From: Felis catus
Taxonomy: Eukaryota
Assembly: GCF_018350175.1 (NCBI RefSeq)
Contig: NC_058368.1
Location: 213,654,001 to 213,718,000 of the forward strand
DNA: 64,000 nucleotides
Reading direction: 5' to 3'
Shown here: positions 11,411 through 22,434 of the stretch, piece by piece
How positions within the stretch are numbered: position 1 is the first letter of the stretch
Layout: each line of letters opens with the position of its first letter
Notes under the pieces: model-generated
What the model saw: the letters and a program-made list of their open reading frames with translations, nothing else
Database searches by the model: none
Told to the model about the DNA's origin: nothing
Translations under genes and position numbers: made by a program

Positions 11411-14400
11411 TCTAGAGACTGCCATTTAAGTCCTCTGCTTATTCTGCTGGGTCAGACAAGGACTTCAGAGGAATGGACATCTGGACTCAATAAAGCCCTT
11501 GAGTCAGAAAAAAACCTCAAGACTTGCCATGCAATTTGACAGAGACCTGTACTTAACAGAGGCTGAATTTTTAAGAAGGACGCCCACTCCTTCTTCTCCC
11601 CATAACAGATCGGTCTCCCTCAGGGACATTTGTGAAAATATATCTGTGATCACAAAAATCAAAAGTTTCTTAGTAAATCCCAGCCCAGTGTAAACGGACT
11701 AACCTTCAAGTCCAGCCTAAGGCTGAACAAACACGCACACACTTCAATTATGGAAACAGCCCGGCCCTCTGTCTCCCTTCCCCTCCCCAAAAGGAAATGG
11801 GCTAAATTTAAGTCAGGGATACGTTATAAATGATAGAATCATTCTTTCTCTGGTGAAGAACGAGTTCTGAACGAGGTAAATGTGGGGTGAGTCAGCTATT
11901 AGATCATTGCTGATGTCCCTGCATACAGGTTTCTGTGGCTCCAAGATGCAAAGAACTTGGGATACTCACATCTTTACATGTTGCTTTGTAAAATTTCAAC
12001 AGATAAGCCTAGTCGTCCCAAAAGCCACTAGTAGTCACATCTCCACAACCATTTTAAATACAGTATAACAAACTCACCCCTCAGAATCTTTGGAAGAAGG
12101 TCAGATTTCAAAGAAGAATCCCATGAAGAAATCTATATAACTGTTAAAACCCATGTCTATTATAAATTGTACCAGAGAGATACATATATAGATATATATA
12201 CTTGGGTCCTGAAAATATCAGATTTGATTCCCTTCCAGGAGGAGGCAGCAATGCATAGGTGAACACCAAAAGACAGGAATTCAAGCCTTTTAACCTCTGT
12301 GCTTGGCCAACAGGTTGATTATGAACAGCTGAGCCAGGACATGAGGTTACCTGCATCTGTGTCACAAGACTGAGAGGGACCAGGGCCAAAACAGGTGCCA
12401 AAGCTTGGAATTCAATGACCTTTTGGGAAAGAAAGACTCAACAGTCATTTAAGGGCATCTAGTGCTCAGAATGAGAGAACAAAAATGTTTATTACCTATT
12501 TAATACCTGGACATAAAAAATGAGTAGAAGTCAAGAAATGGCTGAAAATGGCTGGGGAGTGCCCACGGAGAGGAGAAGGGCATGAAGTCAGGCCAGTAAC
12601 ACTATAATCACACTAAGATGCTTTTGTCTTTTTTTTCTGTATGGTTTACAATTACAACAATTCTCAAAAGTGTTGCTAGAAGTTTCAAAGCCAGTGTCTT
12701 AAGTGGGAGATTTGGGTTTTCCATCTCCCATGGCTGAAGTCAGTCACCCAGTGGTGCCTCTGATGGGGGTACCAGAGGAGAAACAGGGCCCTGGGATGAA
12801 ATGAAAGAGCATCTCTGGATGGTACTCTGCAATCTGAACCCCTTTAAATCATGGTAAGTGCCTCCTTTTGTGTAATCTCTTCTGTCATAAGGACAAGTAG
12901 ACTCTGAAAAGCTGTTCTTTAGGTGGCTCTGGACATTACCTGTGAGCGGTGATTGAGATGTGTCAAAGTTGCCAGTTTTCTTAAAAAAAAAAAAAAAAGC
13001 CACCCCATTGGCCAGTGTAGTGTTTGACATGGCCCTGCTAATCACTTTCCTCGAGGTTTTCTGATTTCAGGACATTGAGTTAGACTGGGGAAGGCCAACT
13101 TCCTCTGCCATCCATCAGGAAGAGCCTAGCACAGTGGGTTACTAGTCAGATCATGACTCATCTGCCTGTGGGTGGTGACCTGAGGACTAGGGCTGGGAGT
13201 GTTAGGAGGGGACGCCATGGGGGGAACCGAGATGGGCACCTTCTAGGGACAGCATGAGGACACCAGGCACCGAGTGGAAGGAGATGGTACCTGTGTCACT
13301 CGTTGCTCAGCGATGGCTTAGATGCTGCCATGCTAGAAAGAGCTCTGGAGGCTGAAAACACCATCCTGACAACATAGATGAATGAAGTTGACTAAAACTC
13401 CCAGCATCGTGCTCAACTTTAGCCACAAGATGGCAGGCAACAGCGGGACATTCTCCACAGCCTTGCCCAGAAAGCACTCTGAAGACCTGAGGGAAACCAA
13501 GGTCCCATTGTCCAGTCCAATGGCTGGCCATCAACACATTTGTGAAGCTGCTATGAATTAAACTCTTGTTGAGAAGGAAGGTTCTAGATGTAATTACCAT
13601 CCATTTAAAGAATGGGTATGGAAATATATAGAAAAACTTGATTTTCAATTTGTTTTTACTGTCAACAGTAAACTATAAAAAAAATCTAGTTTCATTGGTT
13701 ACTGTTTGTGGTGTTGAAGAAAAGTTCTAGAATTGAGTCACAGGTGCTGAATTCTAGTCCTTGCTCTTAAGAAGGTCCTTGACTCCGGGAAACCATGAGC
13801 CACAGCCTCAGTTTCCTCCTTGGTTGGGCATGGATGAACTCTGGGATTCCTTCCAGAAACTAGTCATGGAATGAAATAGCATGTGGGGATAGTAGGCTGA
13901 GAATGAAGTGGGCACAAACCTGAGGTTCTGCAATGCTTAATTTCCATGGCATCCTTGGGGAATGGGCTGTTCTACATGACAAGTTTTCTAGATAATTGAA
14001 TTCTAAATGCTGAAACTTGTTTTCCTTTTAACCTTCTGTAATGGAAATCTCTCTAAAGTGTATTACACGCTTCTCAGGCTTCTTAAACAGCAAGCTGAAT
14101 AAAATTTAACCTTGCCTGAATGTCTCTAGGTTATCATGATGCCACCTCTTACTATATATACAGTCCTGAATAGAGCACCGGTGCCTTTGGGCATATTCAG
14201 GTAGGCAGGACGCTCATGCTAAATGGCCCCAGAGACTATATTATAAAGGTATAATTGGCAATTCTTCCTTCCTGTATCTCCTACACCACTACCTGCAGTC
14301 ATTTCTCCAAGTTACACCTTCTAGCAGCATTTGACACTCTGTTTAAAATCTGCTATAACCTAGAGAGAACTCAAGGTTGCTATGGGTAACCAGAGCCTGA

Positions 14401-14894
14401 GCTTGTAACAACCCTAAATTTAATTTTACACACAATTTAAAGGCAATGGGTACTGTACTGAAGGTTACTTATGGTCAGGGCTGATATTCAGCTAGTCCAC
14501 CCAGTATGTAAGGTAATGTTCCTATATACTAGTTGGCCAACTGCCCTGAGCCCCTTGGGCCCTCCTGCCAGCTCAGTATCCTGGCCTGTCTCCTCGGATC
14601 ACACAGGCTTCTCACATGCCAGCGTGAGAAGGTGCAGACTCCAAGGTGCAGTCTGCTTGTATAGGCTCCAGGACCCTGTTCTTGAATGCACCAGCATCCT
14701 TTCCAATGGGCTGGTACCCAGGCCATACTGGGTGCTCAGTATTTGATATCACCCTGGTTTCTGGGCTGAAGATTATTCTGTATCTTGCTAAGTGCACTGC
14801 CACAGTTTGAGGCTCTCCTCTGTACCTCCAACTCAAAGGCTTTTTCTTGGTTGTGTGCTGTGCTCTGCGTTCAGATCGCCTGAGGATGACCAGA

Positions 14895-15110
14895 ACAGGT
14901 GTTAAAAGTCAGCTTTGACTGAACACCTGCCATGTGTCAAATGCCTATTTAGTATATTAACTAAATCATTTTATCTAATCCACTAAATGACCCTACTGGG
15001 GAAATAGCATCAACCTCCTGTGGCTGAGGTAACTCGCCCAAGGTCACATAGCCAATAAGTAGGCCTGGAAGCTAGACTCATCTCTCTGCGGCCCATGTTC
15101 CTTGCACTAT
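14895..15110 (-). mobile_element. MIR remnant
   Basis: gaggtaactcgcccaaggtcacatagccaataagt. Confidence 0.7.
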
Positions 15111-15972
15111 GCTCCTCTCGTGTTTATCAACGTACAAAAGAGTCCAGTCATGGTTCACATCCTGAAAAATATATTTTAAGTGAAAAATGGGGCCTTTTAC
15201 TTTTCAGAAAAGGCTACTTGTTTTGTTGTGTGGGTTATGTTTTAATTAGTTCCATATTTTGTTACCAATTTGGAACAATCTGTCCCCAGGGAACAGATCT
15301 GGTTTACTTATAGAAAGCTAGCTGAGGGAGGGAGGGACTGGGGTTACAAAGTACTCCTTGTAGGAAATAATTTAAAAAACCTTCTCATTTCTCCCTCCAC
15401 AAAACAAAAGTAAATAGAACATTCCAGAAAATCCCATCTTCCCTAGAGTAGGTATGATAGAGCTTACAAAAACTTTCCTTTGTGTGTTACCAATTATGCC
15501 TGCAAGAGGGGGCTGTTACCACACAAAAGAATAAGGGGCTCCCAGAGCTATGGGAAAGGGGACTTAGGGGGGGGGGGGGCGTGGTGCTAGAAGCAAAGTG
15601 CAGACCTGAGGAATATCACCCAGTGAGAAAGTAGAATTGGTTCTGTAATTTTGGGCTAGTCACAGGTTTACCTTTGGAACTAGTTCTGGGGTGCAGAAGG
15701 GTATCAAACCCACAGCTATGAATTCTCTGCTCTTTCCTTAGGGATGAGGTTTACAGACTGACCCTAAGCTAATTTTTTAAATAAGTAAACCATGACCTCA
15801 TCTTCCACATTTTGCACCTGCTCCTCCCACACTTAACACACCCACAATTTTCAGAGTGTCTTCTTCCAAACACATCCACCATGCTCTGTAGTTTCCCCAG
15901 TAAGTCTTGTCAGGGAGGAAATCGCTTGAATAATTGCCTAGCCAGAGGTGTGACAGGGTCAAAATAGCAAAC

Positions 15973-16421
15973 GTATTCATTTGCTAGGGTTGCCATAATA
16001 AAGAACCACAACCCAAATGGTTTAAGCAACAGTCTTATAGTTCTGAAGTCTAAAAGTTTGAGATCAAGTGCTGGCAGAGCCGGGCTCCCTCTGAGGTACT
16101 AAGGCAGGATCTGTTCCAGACCTTTCTCTCCTGGCTTCTGATAGTTCCTTGGCTTATGGCAGCATAACTACAATCTTTACTTAGTGTTCTCTCTGTGTGC
16201 ATGTCTGTGTCCAAATTTGCTGCAGGACACTGGTCCTTTTGGATTAGGGGCCCACTCTACTCCAGCATGACTTCATCTTAACTAGTTACATCTGCAATGG
16301 CACTATTTCCAAATTAGGCCACATTCTGAGGTATTGGGGGTTTAAGGCTTCAAAATATGAATTTGGTAGTGGCAGGCGGTGGAAGGAGGCGGTGGCTGGA
16401 AGACACAGTTCAAACCATAAC
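15973..16421 (-). mobile_element. MaLR solo LTR (MLT1A/B-like)
   Basis: gtattcatttgctagggttgccataataaagaaccaca...acacagttcaaaccataaca. Confidence 0.88.
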
Positions 16422-17074
16422 ATCATCTAAGGTAGTGTTGAATTCGAAACCAAACTCAAGAGAAGGAGAAGAATGGATTGCCCAAAAGAGTGCCTCATAT
16501 GAAAATTCCAAGCAAGAGTATGGACAACCAATGTATCATCTTGGCGGGGTGAGTGTGATGTTCATATGGGGACACCTGAAATCTTATGCTTATGAATAAG
16601 AGGGGTATACAGTTGAGGGAGCTGTTTGCAGAGTTACACTGGGGTCTCAACAAAACCCTAATTTGTATTCACCACTTTTTAGGACAAAACCTATATAGGT
16701 ATGTGGAAAAATTTAGTGTTGAAGGAAACTGTTAGCCAGTTACAGAGTGAAGGAGCATCTCAAGAACATTCAAAACACTTTAAGTTCCTTGATACTTAAT
16801 CTCAAAGTGCTTCTAGTCCTGAAGTTCTGGCTAGATATAAGTGTGGCAAAAGGATTCTACATTAAAATTGGGTTTCCTTTTTTAAGATGGAGTGGGGGGA
16901 GGGGGCTTCTGTTTTCCTTACCAGTTTGGGTAAGTGGAAGCCTTATGGTGTTCTAGTCATTTTCTTCCCTGGTGTCTACCATTACACTGAGGAGGTATTC
17001 TGTGAAGCTGAAAACCATCCATGAAATTACCAGACCACATGGCAAAAACCAACATATAACTCTGGGGCAGATGT

Positions 17075-17230
17075 GAAGTAGTATAGCACAGGACTTAGGA
17101 GCACAGACTGTGGTGGAAGATAGACCCAAGTCCAAATCTCGTTCCGCCTCTTATTTAGGTGACCTTGGGCAAGTTACGTGGCCTCTGTCATCAAGGTTTC
17201 TCATCACAGCTTTAGATTAAATAAGATGGG
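17075..17230 (+). mobile_element. MIR remnant
   Basis: gtgaccttgggcaagttac core. Confidence 0.7.
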
Positions 17231-17649
17231 AGAATGTCCACTATGGTAGCAACTGCTCACTCAACAACACTTCTGATAATTACGCCAGAGAACTAGGGAG
17301 TGAGCCTTAGAAAATCAAGCTAGTCTCCTCTTGTCTTGTTAACTTCTTGGTTGTTATGAGCACTGGGAGCCCAGGACTCTAGGAGTCCTCCTTCATTACT
17401 TAATTCACTTTCACACTTCTCTTGAAGACCCATCAGTGGATCCTGGCCTTTTCCTTCTATCACCTCTACATCTCAGTGGCTTCTGGGTAGGTCTTCCCTC
17501 TCCTGGCCCTTCATTGTCCAGCATATACACATGACTGTGTCATCAGAGAAAGGAATTTCAGGGTCATGACTGTGCACTATTGAAAAAGTTATGTTTGGGA
17601 GATTTACTTCCTCAGCTGTGGAAAATTTCCAGAAGCCCAGTGCGTTGAC

Positions 17650-18198
17650 TATTGTTTCCTTATTTTCTGTATTCTTGATGCTCTGGCCTTTCGGGCCTTG
17701 ATCCCAGAGAGACTGACCCTTCCAAGGTTAGCCAATTCCTAGAAATAGCAAACTCCCCTGAGAGCGTGCCTTTGATATACAAATCAACCAATCCAGAGTT
17801 CACACCCCAACCACCTCCTTTGTTAAACTCTCATACATCAAGACAGTATTGCCCATAAGTCACCCCATGCCACGTATTGGACAACTAGAGACCATCCTAT
17901 ATCTCAGAGCCTGCTGCAGTTATTCAAGCTACCAAATCCTAAGATTGCTCAGAGTAGATGCCATTCCTCACCCAAACCTCCCTTGAAAATCCCAATAAAG
18001 TTTCAGGCCATATTCTTCCCTCTTCTCCCTCTGCCTCCTGAATAACAATGGTGTTTCTCTATGTAGCCCTGCACGGTGTGTTGATCCCCTGTTTCTAGAG
18101 ATCTGGGAGTGCCAACGTCCTTCTTTATGACAGTCATTTCCCTGTCTGCATGTCTTATCACACTTGATTAGAACAAATCCCAGGTACATTTGAGAACA
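17650..18198 (+). mobile_element. ERVL-class solo LTR (MER74-like)
   Basis: aaccaatccagag..caccccaaccacctcct, AATAAA near 17994, ends tacatttgagaaca. Confidence 0.75.
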
Positions 18199-19789
18199 CC
18201 CAAGCATAACAATTAGCAATCCCAGAGACCTGTTCCTCAACATGTTCTCCTTTTTCCATCCTCCAAGCTCCTCAGCCTTAGCTATTTCAGTCCAGATGCC
18301 AAGCGACCACATCCATCCAAATAATCTCTTCCTGACCACACAGAAGTGGAATGGTGCCCTGGAACAGGTACCACTCCCAAATGGGAGTCGGAAGGGAGAG
18401 ACTGAGTCTCAGCTGTGCCAATTATCACCATGACATCATGGGAACACTGCTTCACCTCTGTAAGCTTCTAGAATGATAAAACTAGCTCAGGTGGATCAAA
18501 TGAAATGTTTCAGAGATTCACTCCTAATATGTCAGCATAGGCCACTTTGGCTAACCTCCCCCCCACCACCACTCCCACCATCCCTACACACTTACCCAAG
18601 GTCTCAAAGCTAGTTGCTAGAAGACCTATGGAGAAAATCCAGAATCCCAGACTCAGTTCACTGCCTCCTCCATCATACCATACTTGCCCCTCCTTGAAAC
18701 CTCCATTAAGGAGTCTAGTTTCATGTCCCACTCTCTGTCATGACCCTGGTCCCATCACCTTTCTATTCTTCTGTATCTTCTTTCTTTGAAAAAAAAAATG
18801 GGCATCATCCTATGACTCAAGGAATAAATTAGAATCACCAAAGAATCCTCCTTTGGTAGCTGGAAAGCATTTTCATTTCAGGGTTAGATATACTTTCAGA
18901 GCCTGGGACACTAAACTTGGCCTCTTAAAAAGTCTACAACCTTAAGCAGGCAATGGGAAGAGCTTCCTGAACATACATGAGAAAATTTATCCCATATGGA
19001 ATAAACTTCTCCAAATCCTAAAGACTCCAGCAGCCTCTTAGATAATAAATTCCCAGTCCTTCTAAACATGCTCCATGTAGAACAGTCATTATGATGTTAA
19101 TATTTTACTGAGCACTATGGATTAGACATACTACTAAGCCCTCTATATGCATTATTGCATCATTTAGTCATTGGATCAACGATCAATAGTGTTATCATTT
19201 CCATGTCACTGGGAATCCAAGACTAAGAGGGATGATTTTTCAAGGTTAATCAGTTTGTAAGTGTGGGAGCCTGAGGAGGCAGCACTAGTTGGGAGCTGGA
19301 GCTGTTGACCATTATGCTCTCCCACTGGATGTCCCCTTCCTGCTCTTCCTTCTGCCTCTGCATCCAAATCAGCTCCCCTCACAGAAGATAGTTGTAAATG
19401 GTGGGGGCTCTCAGGGACAGCTCTGGGAGGGCTGCCATCAAGCTCCACTGATCCCTACTTCTAACCTCAAGGACCCAGCCACCAGGGACTGGAGTCATAT
19501 TCTCAACACCAATGAATACCATGGTGGTCAGTCCTTTTCTTTTCTAAGAACAATTTTGAACTTTAAATAGAATCATTTCTCTTCAACATTCCTCCTTGAA
19601 AGTGAAAGTAATTGCTAGTTGAGGACCCAGCCATTAGCCAAGAACATCTCTTCAGTCAGACAGGCAACCCAAAGAAAATACTGGTGAGAGTCTACTGAGT
19701 AAGTACTCATACACGCCAGCCAGGCCTGTGCTATGTTCTTTCCATGCACTAGATCATTTTAAACTTGGGCCACACTATATATATGGGAC

Positions 19790-20100
19790 CAATGACTTCT
19801 CGTTGCCCCTCCATGTCCACTCTCCACCATTCTCTACCCTGGCTTCTGCCTCAGGTTGACACATATGGACCCTCTCAATGGGTCCCTTGCCACTGGCTTC
19901 TGCCTGGTTTCTGCCAATGGAAAGCTCTGGTAGGAGACTGAAAGGAAGGAGAAAATTAAACTTAAGGTACTTCTGCTCTGGCTTCTTCCCTTCAGGGTCT
20001 CCTTGGGTTACAGATCTCCCTCAGTGAAAGGTCACCATGATTCTCAAAGTGACCCTCTCTCCATGATTCTCTTCTCTTGGGACATAGGAGCTTTCCTCAC
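19790..20100 (-). mobile_element. ERVL LTR fragment (LTR33-like)
   Basis: tgcccctccatgtccactctccacc...gccaatggaaagctctggtaggagactg. Confidence 0.6.
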
Positions 20101-20199
20101 AGGAGCCTCTGAAGGCTCCACAAAAGTTATGCATCTCAGAATATCTTCAAACTTCTCTTTTCTTTTCTCTTCCATATTTAGTCATTACTAAAACCTTGG

Positions 20200-20770
20200 T
20201 GTGCAGTAAAGGGTTAACACAGCAAGTTTGGTGTATTCAACCTCTGTATATTCCAAGGAAAAGATTGGTTCTTGACTAACCCCTGGGAGGTAATTTCTAA
20301 GACCTTGGAATAGTCTGCTTGATGAGAGTGTCTTTGTATACCTTGGGTCTTGGGCCATACTAATAATGTAATCTATGGCACGGGCATTGGGCCATGTGGC
20401 ATTAGTTTGAACTCTGGAAGGACTGGACACTGAGTAACTAAGGTCAGCTACACAGGCACTCCATGCCAGCTGACCCCCCAAAAAACCCTGATACCAAGGC
20501 TCCCATGAGCTGCCCTGGTTGACAATACTCCATAGATGTTGTCACACACCATTGCCTGAAGAACTGAGCCCACCTGTACAACTCTACTGGGAGCAACAAC
20601 TGAGTTTGCACCTGTTCTCTCTCCTGGATCCCACGCTGTGTACCTTTTACGGTTACTGGTTTTAATCTGTATCCTTTCACTATAATAAACTGTAACCCTG
20701 AGTTTTTCTGAGTCCTTTGAGTCCTTCTAGTAAATCACTGAGGTTGAGGGTGGTCTTGGACTCTGATTCA
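20200..20770 (+). mobile_element. ERVL solo LTR (MER77/MER21-like)
   Basis: Start tgtgcagtaaagggttaac; aataaactgtaacc; end gagggtggtcttgg...ca. Confidence 0.85.
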
Positions 20771-21350
20771 TCTGGGAAACAACAGTCCGGTCATAACTTA
20801 CTGAGATGATGGGTGGCCACACAGGTGAAAAATGGAAATATGCTCATTCAGATGAGATCCAAATGGATCTTTCAGGATGGGGAAACTGGGACTGAGGGCA
20901 GGGGTGGCTGGTTGTCCAAAGATACTTCTAAGCATCTCAAGGGGATTCTGGACTGTTTGTCTGTGACTAAGGTGATATGAGACAGGCAGATGGAAATACA
21001 TCCAGGACCCAACCTTTAATGCTCCAGCTGGAGGGGAGATGTTGGTTGAGTGGAGGAGAAGATCTAACTCAACGTGACATTTCTTATACTCTTGTGTCAT
21101 GTAGTATTCCTAGGTTTCAGGAAAAAAGGAAATACTCTGAGTCTAAGTCCTCTAAGAGAGAATGAAGCATAAAAGAAACATACAAATACCACAGTACTTC
21201 AATTTAGTATTTTCCCTCTATAAGATTAATGCCATTGGCTTACCAGAGTAGGACTCAAACCCGTTGCAGTGCAGGTTGGAGCAGCAGACATACATGAGCC
21301 ACAGTGGTCCCCCGTCCAGCCCCTGTGCCAACCAGCACTCCCCCACTCAC

Positions 21351-21826
21351 CTGGCCCCACTGACATCAACTCCGACCATCAGCTGCCCATTCAGGGAGAG
21401 GATCTCATCCCGCAGTCGGACCTTCCCACTCTTCCCTGCCGGGCTGTTCTTCCTCAGCTCTGTCACCCAGATGCAGCCAACGTCCAGTACAGGGCCCTGG
21501 TGGGTTTTCCTCTTCTTGCCCCCTCTACGCTTTTCTCCATAGTCCCCGAAAACAGGGATGTTCCCAAAACTGAGGCCCACAGTCTCTGCGTCCCCCAGCT
21601 CCTTGGTGAGGTACACAGTACAGATCTCCATCCCTGGGGGGCTGTGGTCAGGTGGGACCACACTCTCATCCACAGTAAAGTTCAGCTGGATGTACTCCTG
21701 CAGCTTCTGGATGGCTGCCTGGCAGAGCCGCTGCTCTGGGCCATCCCCGCCCTCCCTCACGCTGTTCTGCAGCCACTGGTAGAGGAGGGGCAGGTGCAGC
21801 ATGGCATTGTCCTGGGTGATGGGCAT
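21351..21826 (-). CDS. PDZD2: PDZD2 (PDZ domain-containing protein 2) first coding exon, coding part: N-terminus and most of PDZ1; CDS continues outside the window
   Basis: Translation MPITQDNAMLHLPLLYQWLQNS...VGLSFGNIPVFG...EILSLNGQLMVGVDVSGA matches the mammalian PDZD2 N-terminus as I recall it. ATG at 21826 in ACCATG context; ends at donor GCCAG|GTGAGT (21351/21350); 476 nt, phase 2. Confidence 0.96.
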
Positions 21827-22187
21827 GGTGCTCACTCCCAGACACCAACATCATGAGAAGACCTGCTTCTGGGGGCTGGACCGGGCAGGGCCCCATGTCC
21901 CTTGGGAACCCTGGCTGTCATCAGCTTGCCCTGTGTTCATGTTCAAGGTGGCAGATGAGCCTAAAGGATGCCTACTTGAGACTGGGCTGTTGGCTTTGGC
22001 AAGAGGAGGACAGGACACAATTAGAATAACAGTGGAACAATTGCTGTGCCTGGAGTGCTCACCGAGAGAAGGAAGCGTCTAACAAGTTCTTGTTTGGTTC
22101 CTTTCACAGCAGAGCCCATGCAGATAATGTGGAAATGGGGTATTCTTCCAGCAGCCACAGCATGACCTCACCTGGACTCATTTATGC
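21827..22187 (-). other. PDZD2: PDZD2 5'UTR part of the same exon (361 nt)
   Basis: Strong minus-strand acceptor TTTTTCCTTTTCCAG|GCAT (AG at 22189-22188); implies an upstream non-coding exon elsewhere. Confidence 0.8.
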
Positions 22188-22371
22188 CTGGAAAAGGAAA
22201 AAACAAAAAATTTCAGTCACAACAATGAGCCCTCTGAGACAGAACACATGGCCTCCTGTATTACGAAAGAACCATGTTTGCTTTTTCAGGCAGGAACCTA
22301 ATCCTCTCCTCATTCCCCAGCTAAGATCCTTCCACCATGTATATATATACGGACAGACTGACAGAGAGACA

Positions 22372-22434
22372 GACACACAGACACACACAGACACACACAC
22401 ACACACAGACACACACACACACACACACACACAC
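22372..22434. repeat. Imperfect (CA)n microsatellite about 190 nt upstream of the PDZD2 exon acceptor
   Basis: Direct inspection. Confidence 0.95.

Noticed and set aside
21347..21835. ORF-track boundaries for PDZD2 (MSTMPITQ...GAR*)
   Set aside because: The track starts at a GTG three codons upstream and reads into the intron; the real CDS part is 21826-21351.
21269..21856. 195-aa + strand ORF and other ORFs overlapping the PDZD2 exon
   Set aside because: Antisense shadow of a GC-rich coding exon; no recognisable protein and no ATG at its annotated start.
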